Source of the DNA: Hemiscyllium ocellatum
Lineage: Eukaryota
Length of the DNA: 64,000 nucleotides
Reading direction: 5' to 3'
NCBI RefSeq assembly: GCF_020745735.1
Contig: NC_083409.1
Coordinates: 16,168,789 to 16,232,788, forward strand
In this document: in pieces, positions 50,069 to 60,526 of the stretch
Position numbering within the stretch: the first letter of the stretch is position 1
Layout: each line of letters opens with the position of its first letter
Position numbers and translations under genes: made by a program
The notes under the pieces: model-generated
The model's input: the letters and a program-made list of their open reading frames with translations, nothing else
The model's database searches: none
What the model was told of the DNA's origin: nothing

Positions 50069-50392
50069 GCCGTGAAACTCTCAGCCCAAGCTGACCCTGC
50101 TGCCCCCTTCCCGGAGCAGGTCAATGCCAGGGCACTGCCACCCTGGTGTGCCTTGCCAATCACTTCTATCCCGATGAGCTGGAGGTGCAGTGGAAGAAGG
50201 ACGGTGCAGTCATTTCGGACGGGGTTCAGACCAGCAACTACCTGCGAGCTTCGGACAGCACCTACAGTGTCAGCAGCCTGCTGACCCTCTCTGGGTCTGA
50301 CTGGGAGTCCAACGCTCGCTTCTCCTGTGCCCTCACCCACGTGACCCTCCCCTCTCCTCAGCAAGAGCATCAGGAGATCAGAATGTGTGTAG
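50069..50392 (+). pseudogene. IGKC: Ig kappa-type constant exon (cluster 2), disrupted by four small deletions as assembled; pseudogene or consensus error
   Basis: Acceptor TTTCAG|GC; central frame VCLANHFYPDELEVQWKKDG...YSVSSLLTLSGSDWESNARFSCALTH; C-terminus SKSIRRSECV* in another frame; the spliced frame hits TGA at 50092-50094. Confidence 0.85.
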
Positions 50393-50921
50393 AGTGTTTG
50401 AGACAGTCCACAGAGGAGACACAACTTTAAATAGAACAGGGCTGAGCTGGCAGGACAAAGGTCATTGTCAGCACTGAATTTCAACTCTCTTCCTTCTCAG
50501 GATTGGCTCAGGGACACTTCTGAATTTCAGGGGTTAAGGCAGGTCATTGGGACACTGTAGATAGAGCTTTACGCTGTGTCAAACCCCATGCTGTCCCTGT
50601 TCTGGGAGTGTTTGATTGGGACAGGTTGACTTGTGATGCCAAGTAAAATCTCTTGAAGTTGCTGAAGACTGTCAGCTGTACAAAACAATGTGAACCTCAG
50701 AAGTCTCTGCTTCAGTAAACCAGATCTCCTTCCTGCTCAGCCGCCAGTTCCAATTTAAGGTTTTGTCACTGTTTGTGACAGTTGACAGGATTCTAAGTTA
50801 TTTGAGAAATCTCCACAAGTGTTTTCCTCAAGCTCTCCATTGTGGCTGTGATTTGTGCAGCTTCCTCTGTCTGGGCTGTTAATTGCTGACTGTTTTCTGT
50901 CAATGTCAATCTGGAAAAGGG

Positions 50922-50927
50922 AATAAA
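50922..50927 (+). terminator. Candidate polyadenylation signal for the C exon transcript
   Basis: First canonical AATAAA I found downstream of the C stop codon (about 530 nt away); usage unverified. Confidence 0.35.
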
Positions 50928-51129
50928 GATGAAGAAGATTCAGTCTCTGTCTCTGTGTGCTTTGGAGATTGACCACTCCATTCAGCTGATTGGCTGCATT
51001 TCAGCATGGCATTGTCACAATTGGCTCATTGGCCTGTCAATCAATGACACATCGTTGTAGAGGATACTGACAGCCAATCATCAATCACTTTCAATTGATC
51101 CCTTTGATCTGGAATCATTGGAGGTTACA

Positions 51130-51450
51130 AGATTCCAAACAGATCTCCATTAATGACCACTGGACCATCTCTGACACCTCCCTCCCCTTCCTGGACCTCT
51201 CCATCTCCATTAATGATGACCGACTTGACACTGACATTTTTTACAAAACCCACCAACACCGAGGATTCCACCTCTTCCCACCCTACCTCTTGCAAAAATG
51301 CCATCCCGTATTCCCAATTCCTCTGCCTCCACCATATTTGCTCCCAGGAGGACCAGTTCCACAACAGAACACACAGATGGCATCCTTCATTAGAGACCGC
51401 AATTTCCCTTCCCATGTGGTCAAAGATGCCCTCCATCTCATCCACATTCC
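51130..51450 (+). mobile_element. Penelope-like element RT C-terminal fragment, truncated by the gap
   Basis: WTISDTSLPFLDLSISI..DIFYK and SSHPTSCKNAIPYSQFLCLHHICSQEDQFH fragments in shifting frames. Confidence 0.75.
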
Positions 51451-51463
51451 NNNNNNNNNNNNN
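51451..51463. other. Assembly gap (13 N) at the junction to the duplicated segment
   Basis: Run of N. Confidence 0.99.
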
Positions 51464-54400
51464 AGTAATTCAAGACTGTCAGGGGTCGGAGGGATGTATG
51501 GCCATCACTAAGAGGAGGTACTGGGAAGCAGAAAGGTCTGAATATGGATAACGCACCCAGACTGGATGACTACACCCCAGGTGGTTCTTAAAGAGATCAC
51601 TGAGGAGATTGTGGAGGCATTGGAGATGATCTTTCAGTAATCAATGAGTCAGGGTATGGAGGTGAGATGGGGACGGATTTGGTGGGGCCAAGGGACAGGA
51701 AAAATGGCTCACATACCACCCCTGTTTCAGAAGGGAGGGAGGTAGAAGGTGGGACATTGTAGGCCTGTTAGCCAGGACTCAGTTGTTGGTAAGGTTTTTA
51801 GACTTCAATTTAGGATGAAATTGCAGAGGATTGGAAGTGCAATGGCTTCATCAAGGAGACTCATGCCTGGGCAAATCTGTTAGAATTCTTTGAGGAGGCA
51901 AAGAGCCAGTCAGACAAAGGAGAGTCCGAGGAAGTAATCTCTTTGGATTTCCAGAAGGCATTTGACATAAGATAAGCGCCCACAGTGTAGTGGCAATGTA
52001 CTGGCATGGATTGAAGACTGGCAGGTTGGCATAAAGCAGAGCATGAGGAACAATGGCCGCTGGTGACGAGTAAGTTCTGCAGTTGTCAATGTTAGGCCAT
52101 AACTATTCACGTTATACATTAACAATCTGATGAAGGAAGTGAAGACATTGTTGCTAATTTGCACGTGACATGAGATAGGTGGAGGGACAGGTAGTGTTGA
52201 GGAAGTGGAAGGCTGTAAAAGCTCCTGGATAGGCTCGAGAGTGGGCAAAGAAGTGGCAGATAGATACAATGTGTGACAGTGTGAGGGTATGCACTTTGGG
52301 AGGAAGAAGAGATGCAAAGACTGTTTGCTAAAAGATAGAAAGCCTTTGGAATCTAAAGCACAAACCTCATTCAGGTTCCCTTCAGTTTAACAGGCAGGTC
52401 CAGTTTGTGCTTGGGAAGGCAAATGAAATGTTCGCATTCATTTCAATAGGGCCAGAATACAAGAGCAGAGATGTACTGCTGAGGCTGTGTAAGGCTCTGG
52501 TCAGACCACATTTTGAATATTGTGAGCAGATTTGGGACCCATATTCTAAGAAACAATGTGCTGGCATTGGAGGGGTTTACAAGAATGATCCTGGGGATGA
52601 AAGGCTTGTCATATGAGGCGTGGTTGAGGACACTGGGTCTGTACTCGATGGAGTTTAGAAGAATGAGGAGGGATCTTATTGAAATTTACAGAATACTGAT
52701 AGGCCTGGATAGAGTGGATGCAGGACAGACTCGGGAACCAAGGCACAGCCTCAGAATGAAGGGCCGACCCTTTTGAGCTGAGTGAGGAGGAATTTCTTCA
52801 GCCAGAAGGTGGTGAATCTGTGGAACTCATTGTTACAGAGGGCAGGGGAGGCCAAGTCACTGAGTGTATTTAAGACAGAGATAGATAGGTTCGTGATTGT
52901 GAAGGGGATCGAACGTTCCTGTGGAGTAGGCAGGAGAATGGGGGTGAGAAGCATATCTGCCAAGATCAAATGGCAGAGCAGATTCAATGGGCTGAATGGC
53001 TGATTTCTGCTCCTATTTCTTAAAGACTTCTGGAGAGTTTTCCCCAAAACCCTGGAACACTGAACCCACTGGACTGTGAGCCCTGCTGGAGCTGTTTGTC
53101 ATCAAACTTTGCCAAGAGACAAACAAAGAGTGGAGAGAGTGTGCATCCATGTGGGAATTTCAGAATGCTTTCCCAGCTCCTGGAATACCATGAGTACAGG
53201 AAGTGAGTCTGTGACAGCAGTTAAGCTCCGGGTTTTTGGAGCTTGAGCAGCAGCTGGTGTCAGTGCGGAGCGTCTGTGAGGCTGAGAGCTCCGTGGAGAG
53301 CACGTTTCTAGATGTGGTCACTCTGCAGCCTCAGAGTATGCAGGGAGAGAGGGAATGGGGGAGCAGCAGACAGTCCAAAAGGATCAGGCAGCTAGTATAG
53401 GAGTCCCCAGGCATCCCACTCTCCAACCAGGATACAGTTCAGAATCCTGATGAGAATGATGGTTCATCTGGGGAGTGCAGCCAGAGCCAAGTCCATGGCA
53501 TCACTGGTGACTCAGCTATAATGGGGGTTGCCGGGGCGGTGGTGGGGGGAGGGGGTGAGGGTGGTGGGTGGTGGGGTGTGTATTAGCAAGACTGGAAGAT
53601 GATCGTAAAAGGAGATTTGAGAGTGAGGGCATCGATAGGTGTTTCTGCAGCTGCAGATGGGAATCCAGGATGGTGTGTTGTCTCCCTGGTGCCAGGTGAA
53701 GATGTCACTGAGCGACTGCAGAGCACACCTGAGGGGAGAGGGAACAGGCAGCAGTCGTGTCCACATCGGTCCCAGTGACAGAGGGAGAAAAGGATGTAGT
53801 CCTGCAGTCATAGAATTTAGGGAGCTCAGAGGGAAATAACATCAGGAACTCAAAAGTAGGAATCTTCAGATTACTCCCAGTGCCCCAGGCAAGTGACAAG
53901 AGGAGCAGGAGGATAACACAAGTGACTGTGGGCTGGAAGAGGATCCAGGAGGGAGGGTTTTAGATTCTTGTGACATCGGGACTGGGTCTGGGGAGATGGG
54001 ACCTGGATAGACCAGACAGCGTTGCTCCTGAACAGAGCTGGCACTGAGCTCCTTTGAGGTGATCTACTCGTGCTGTTGGAGAGGGTTTAAAACTAACTTG
54101 GCAGAGCTGTGGGAGTCAGGAGGGACTGTCAGAGAGGAACACCAAGGTCCACAGAATCATCAGTGCAGTCAATAAGTCACCACCCAATGGGAAGGATTTA
54201 GAGGAATACATTTGCAAGGAATTTACAGAGACCTGCAAATATAATAGTCATTATAAATGGGGTTGGGGGGGGTGGAATTTCTTTAATTTCTGAATATAGA
54301 CTGGGGTAGTAGCAGTGTGAAGGACAGAGGGGCCAGAGTCGTGAGAGTGTGTTCATGTGAATTTTCTCCACTGCATTGTTTCCAGTCCAATGAGAAAGGA

Positions 54401-55684
54401 GGCTCTGCTAGATCTGGATCTTGGGAATGAGGAGGCCCAAGTGGATCACGTGTCAGTGAGAGGACACTTAAGGAAGAGTGATCATTGTATCACAAAGTTG
54501 AGGGTGACGGTAGAAAAGAACAAAGGCCTTTTCAGGGTCAAACATCTTCACTGGGGAAATGCCAGCTTCTATAGGATATGGATGTATCGGATCTGAATAA
54601 AGTGGATCAAAGGTTGGCAGGAAAGTCCTGAAAAGAATAGTAGAGGATGTGGACCAGGTATAGTCGAGATACATTTGAAGGAGGGCAAACAATTCCTGAA
54701 CTTACTCAAGGGCAAAAGTGGTAGAATTATGGTAAATAAGAAAAGGGCAAAAGAGTAACTAGAGAGAGAATAGGGCCCCATGAAGATGAACAATGTACCT
54801 CTGGGTGGATCCACAGGAAATGGTTTAGGTCTTAAATGAATATTCCAGGTCAGTATTTATCATGGAGAAAGACATGGAAATTTGGGAACTTGGAAATAAA
54901 TAGTAATGTCTTGACACAAGTCCACATTATAGAAGAAGATTTCTTAAAGTGCAAGACGGTAGATAAATCTCCAGGACCTGATCAGGTGTATCCCAGGACA
55001 TTGTGGAAAGCTAGGAAAGAGATTGCTGGATCCCTTGCTGAGGTATGTTTCTGATTGACAGCCATGAGTGAGGTTCTGGAGAACCAGAGAGGTTGGCTAA
55101 TGTTAGCCATTATTTAAGAAAGGCTGTAAGGAAAAGCCAGGGAAAATAATCCAGTGAGCCTGATGTCATTGCTGGGTAAGTTATTGGAGTGAATTCTGAG
55201 GGACAGGATTTACATGCATTTGGACAAACAATGCAGTTTTGTGCATGGTAATCATGTCTCACTAACGTGATTGAGGTTGTTTGAAGAGAAGATTGATGTA
55301 GGCAAAACAGTACACACTGTCTATATAGACTTCAGCAAAGCATTTGACAAGTTCCACATGATAGACTGATTAGTAAGGTTAGGCCACATGGGATCCAGGG
55401 GAGCTAGCCATTTGGGTAAAAAAAATGACTTCAAGATAGGAGACAGAGAGTGGTGGTAAGGGGTTGCTTTTCAGACTGGAGATCAGATGTCAGCTGTGTG
55501 CCACAAGGATTGGGTCCTTGGCTTTTTATCATTTAAATAAATGATTTGGATGTGAATATAGGAATTATGGCGAGTTTGTAAATGACACCAAAATTGGTGG
55601 TACAGTGGATAGTGAAGAAGCTTATCTGAGAGTACAGTGGGACCTTGATCATTTGGGGAAATGGGCAGAGGTGTGGCAAATGGA

Positions 55685-55895
55685 CAAAAGTGCAGACTGC
55701 AGATGCTGGAAACCAGAGTTTAGATCAGAGTGGTGCTGGAAAAGCACAGCATGTCAGGCAGCATCCGAGGAGCAGAAAAATCGACTTTTCGGCTAGAGGA
55801 AATCTGATGAAGGGCTTTTGCCCGAAACGTCGATTTTCCTGCTCCTGGATGTTGCCTGACCTGCTGTGCTTTTCCAGCACCACTCTGATCTAAAC
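55685..55895. mobile_element. Copy of the 6061-6272 fold-back element, hammerhead-like core at 55804-55831
   Basis: CTGATGA-A-GGGC-TTTT-GCCC-GAAAC-GTC; same TSD. Confidence 0.8.
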
Positions 55896-56006
55896 GTGTG
55901 ACAAATGGAGTTCAATTTAGATAAATGTGAGATGTTGCATTTTGGAAAGTCAAACCAGGCAGGACTTATACTGTTAATGGTGGGCCCTGTGGAGTGTTGC
56001 TCAACA

Positions 56007-56185
56007 AAGTGACCTGTGGGGGCCGGGCAGGGTGCAGGTGTGGCAGCAGGGGCAGGTGCAGTGCAGGCACAGGGGCAGGGTGGCAGGGGCAGCAGGGGCA
56101 GTGGCATGCAGGCAAGGGCAGCAGGGGCAGGGGCAGTCAGGGGCAGTGGCACAGGAGTGCACACAGGGCATTATTCCTTGACAGT
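56007..56185 (+). repeat. G-rich (GGGGCA/GGCAG)n tandem expansion inside a CR1 RT fragment
   Basis: Repeated GGGGCAG and GGTGCAG units; occupies the position of the 233-N gap in copy 1. Confidence 0.85.
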
Positions 56186-57060
56186 GAAGTCACAGGGAGA
56201 CAGAGATGAAGAAGGTGTTGGGTACACTTGCCTTTATTGGTCACTGCACTAAGTATCAGAGTTGGGACATCATTTGCAGCTGTACAGGAAATTGGTGAGG
56301 CTATTTTGGGAATAACGTGGACAATTCTGATCATCCTGTGATAGGAAGGATGCTGTTAAACTTAAAATTCTGCAGAAAAGATTTACATGGATGTTGCCTG
56401 GAACTGGAGGGTTTGAACTGTCGGAAGAGGTTATTTTTCCTGCAGGATCGGAGACTGAGGGGTGGCCTTATAGATGTTTATAAAATCTTGACAGGCATGG
56501 ACAGGGTGTATATCCCAGGTCTTTGCCTTGGGAAAGGGAATGTAAAACTAGAGGGTATAGGTTTAAGATGAGAGGCAAAAGATCCAAAAGGGACCTGAGG
56601 GGTAACTTGTCACACAGAGGGTGGTGCGTGTACAGATCGAGCTGTCAGAGAAAGTGCTGGAGACGGATACAATTATAACATTTAAAAGATGTTTGGATGG
56701 GTACATGAATAGGAAGGGTTTAGAGGGATGTGGGCTAAATGCTGGCAAATGGGATGAGGTCAGTTTTGGATATCTAGTTAGCATGGAGGAGTTAGACTGA
56801 AAGATCTGTTTCCACGCTGTCTGACTCTGTGACATTAGTGGCTGGAAAAGCTGAGATCTTTTACCCTGAAGTGCCGGAGGCTGAGGAGTGACCTTACAGA
56901 GGTTTATAAAATCATGAGGGACATAAATAATGTGAATAATGCAGGAAGGAGGTGAATGTTTTGTAGAGCTGGCAAACATATGCACAAAGATCATTCCAGG
57001 GATGAGGAATATCAGTTCTGAAGATAGATTGGAGAATTTGGGACTGTCTTCTTTGGAGAA

Positions 57061-57262
57061 AGTTACAGATCACACAACATCAGGTTATAGTCCAACAGGT
57101 TGATGTGGAAGCACTAGCTTTTGGAGCGCCGCTGACAATCATTTGATGAAGGAGGGGCGCTCCGAAAGCTAGTGCTTCCAAATAAACCCCCTGTTGGACT
57201 ATAACCTGGTGTTGTGTGATTTTTAACTTTGTCCACCCCAGTCCAACACCGGCACCTCCAAG
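57061..57262. mobile_element. Copy of the 7497-7698 fold-back element
   Basis: Same arms and TCTTTGGAGAA TSD; core TTGATGA-A-GGAG-GGGCG-CTCC-GAAAGCTA. Confidence 0.78.
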
Positions 57263-57712
57263 TCTTTGGAGAAGGCAGCGAGGAGAATTGTTCCAGAAAT
57301 TCAAAATCAGGAGGGGCCTGGAACAGAGTAAATTGGGAGAAAATGATTCCACTTGTGAAAGGATTGAGACGTGAGGCCACAGATTGAAAGTAATTGGAAA
57401 AGTAAGAAAAGTGAGATGAGGGAAAACATTTTCAGCCAGTGGGTGGTTAAGGTGTGGAATGCACTGCCTGAGAGTGTGGTGGAGGCAGCTTCAATTAAAA
57501 CATTCCGAAGGGAATGAGACTGTTATCTGAAAAGGAACAATGTGCAGGGTGACAGGGAGAAGGCAGGAGAATGACACTCAGTCAATTGCTCATTCGGAGA
57601 GCTAGTCCAGACAGGATGGACGGAATGGCCTTCTTGTGCACTGTAACAATTCTGTGATTGTGTGATTGAGCAGAGTTAAAGCTGGGGGAGGTGGGAGCTC
57701 GGTGTCTCACTG

Positions 57713-57744
<32 letters not shown>

Positions 57745-58119
57745 AGGTCAGTGAGATCAGAGACTGGGACAGGGAGCCAGAGCTCACATCAAACTCTGCC
57801 CCGTGTCCGTCACACTGAGACTGGCAGGAGGCTACTCACTGATTTCACTCCATGCTGCAGGAATGGGACCACAGGCTGCAAATGGACAGAGCTCCTCCAC
57901 ACGGTGAGTAAAACTTACTGACTTATATCTTGCTTTTTTTAAAGAGGGCATGAAAGTAAAGAAATACAGCTGGACACCCTGTTAGACACAGTGCTCCTCA
58001 ATCAACCATTTCATTCACTGCAGCTTCCCACTAACACCTTCAACAAATCAGCAACTGTATTTTAGAAAGTGTGTTTCAGTATTGACAGGGTTAATAACAG
58101 AGGATTGAGGTTTACTTAC

Positions 58120-58154
58120 TCAGTCTGAGCTTGGTTCCTTTACCGAACGTAAGA
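58120..58154 (-). CDS. IGKJ: Ig kappa-type J segment, cluster 3 (LTFGKGTKLRL)
   Basis: Identical to J1; GTAAGT donor; no minus-strand C exon between it and the gap at 51451. Confidence 0.92.
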
Positions 58155-58193
58155 CACAGTGAGAGCTCCCAGTGCAGAGGCTGTACAAAAACC
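58155..58193 (-). other. J3 23-RSS
   Basis: GGTTTTTGT + 23 bp + CACTGTG; matches J1. Confidence 0.95.
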
Positions 58194-58629
58194 TCAGCTC
58201 TCTGCTTTCCTCTTATCACTGTCAACCTCTCTCTGTCTCTGTGTGTCTATCGCTCACTCTCACCCTCTCCCTGCCCCTCTCTGTCTCTCCCTCATTCATG
58301 TGTCTTTCTCTCTCTGTCTCTCTGGGTTGTTTCCAGCTGGGCTCGGGAGGTTTGTGAAATTTATTTTTCGATGTTAAATCTTGAGGCAGCTCTTCACATG
58401 TGGCCATGGAGTGTAAGAGAGAAACTAGAGGCCTTCAGTGAGCGTTGAGACACCACAGGGACTGGAGTGTGCCGTGGACAGTGGAAATCCCAGTTTGGGG
58501 TAATTTGATCAGTTTCATTCAGATCTAACTGGATATATCACTTCAGGCAGTGAGACTGTGTGTTCATTATTATACATTTTATGTAACTGTGCGATGTGTC
58601 AGTCCAGGAGGTGGTGTTGTGCGTGTTGA

Positions 58630-58656
58630 GGTTTTTGTAGGCTCTGTATCACTGTG
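58630..58656 (-). other. V3 RSS with an 11-bp spacer
   Basis: CACAGTG + ATACAGAGCCT (11) + ACAAAAACC; one base shorter than V1. Confidence 0.88.
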
Positions 58657-58955
58657 TCGAGGGTAGCTGCTATGCTGCTGACAGTAATAGTCAGCGACAT
58701 CCTCATTCTGAACGTTGCTGATTGTCAGGGTGAAACTGGTCCCTGATCCACTGCCGGTGAATCGATCGGAGACTCCTGTGAATCGAGTTGCTGCATTGTA
58801 GATCAGGAGAGAGGGTTTCTGACCTTCTCGCTGCTGGTACCAAGCAAGGTAGCTGCTAATGCTTTGACTGGCCTTACAGGTGATGGTTGCGGTCTGGCCC
58901 AGTCCCACTGACAGCACCGGGGGAGACTGGGTCATGGTGATGTCCCCACTGATAC
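58657..58955 (-). CDS. IGKV: Ig kappa-type V exon, cluster 3 (translation identical to V1)
   Basis: 299 nt, open frame; ORF-track translation identical to V1 up to the RSS. Confidence 0.92.
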
Positions 58956-59141
58956 CTGAGGGGTCAGAGAGAAACACAGTGAAGTCAGAACTGTCACACA
59001 AAGAGCCTGTCAAATGAGAGATTGTTGGAGACACTGAGCATTCCTCTGGTTTCAGCATTTTCCCTTCAATCACAAGTCAGTGGAATTGGAGTGAAATGGA
59101 GAGCAGCGAAAGATTCAAGGTGGAAGGAGAGAGATTTGTAC

Positions 59142-59190
59142 CTGCGACACAGAATGCCAGGGGCCAGATCAGCTGGATGTGTGAAATCAT
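59142..59190 (-). CDS. IGKV: Ig kappa-type cluster 3 leader exon
   Basis: Matches the cluster 1 leader; ATG at 59190, GT donor at 59141. Confidence 0.9.
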
Positions 59191-59250
59191 GGTGTGTGCT
59201 CCTGTCCCTGTGCCTGGTTCCTGATAAACTCTCCCTTCACTGGGCTCTGC

Positions 59251-59347
59251 TTTATAAAGCTGCAGCCTGTGAGAGTCTGACTGGGTGTTCCTCAGTATGT
59301 AAATGGCATCAGGCAGAGAGAGCCACGTCAGCCCCACACACTTCCTC
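59251..59347 (-). promoter_or_regulatory. V3 promoter (PU-box, TGACGTG, ATTTACAT at 59297-59304, TATA-like at 59251-59258)
   Basis: Copy of the V1 promoter. Confidence 0.68.
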
Positions 59348-60488
59348 TTCTCTCTCTCTCTCTCTCTCTGTCTCAGAGTCATTGATGTGAACAACATTGA
59401 ATGAGGCCATTTGGCCCATTGTGTCTGTGCTGGTAAACAGCGGTCTGATGACACTAATCCCATCCTCCAGCTCTTGGCCCGTTACCCTGGAGGTTACAGC
59501 AACACAAGGGAATATCTAAACACTGCTCCAATGTCACGAGAGTTTGTGACTCAACCAGCCTTTCAGGCAGTGAGTTCCAGACTCCCACCACCCTCTGGGT
59601 GAAAACATTTCTTCTCAACTCTCCTCTCACTCTCCAATTCTCCAACTCGCCTGGCCATGGACTCACTCGTGTTCAGAACGATGAGAGGGGATCTGATTGA
59701 AACATATAAAATTGTAACAGGGCTGGGCAGGGAGGAGGTTTCCCCTGGTTGGGGAGTCTGGAACCAGGGGACACAGGCTCAGGGGGATACAGGGTAGACC
59801 ATTTAGGACTGAGATGAGGAAACATTTCTTCACTCAGAGGGTGGTCAACCTGTGGAATTCGCTACCACTGAAGGCTGTGGAGGACAAGGAACTGAATATA
59901 TTCAAGAAAACAAGAGAGATAATTGTTTTGCATTTTAACAACTTGAAGAGAATGGGGAGAACGCAGGAATATGGCTTTGAGAGAGAGGATCAGCCATAGA
60001 TCATAGAATGCCTACAGTGTGGAAACAGGCCATTTGGCCCGACAAGCCCACACTGACCCTCGAAGAAATTATGACATTCAAAAATTGATACAGCCATGAT
60101 CATACTGAATGACAGAGCAGACTCAAAGGGCCGAATGGCCTACTGCTGCTCCAAGTTTCTACGTGTCCATGTCTGTGTTACCTTCAATCTCTGTACCAGG
60201 TTTTTAAGTCTTTTACTCATGTAAAAAGTGCCATCCTACCTACCCTGTCACTGTTCTGAATAATCTTATCCCTCTCTATCAGGTCCCTGTTAAGCCTTCA
60301 CTGCTCAAAGCTCACATTCAGGCAGCATCCTGGGAAATCTCCCCTGTACCCTCTCAGGTACAATCACATTCTTCCCAGAGTGTGGTGACCAGGACCTGTC
60401 CCTCTCTCTCTCTGACTCACATCTGCCATTTCTTTCTCTCTACCTCTACCTCTCTCTCCCACTGTTAATCTCTTTCATGTTCTCTCTC

Positions 60489-60526
<38 letters not shown>

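Noticed and set aside
50400-51100. Kde/RS-like 23-RSS downstream of C
   Set aside because: Heptamer-like sites (CACTGTA at 50553, CACTGTT at 50767) lack a nonamer at 12 or 23 bp; the region beyond the gap cannot be assessed.
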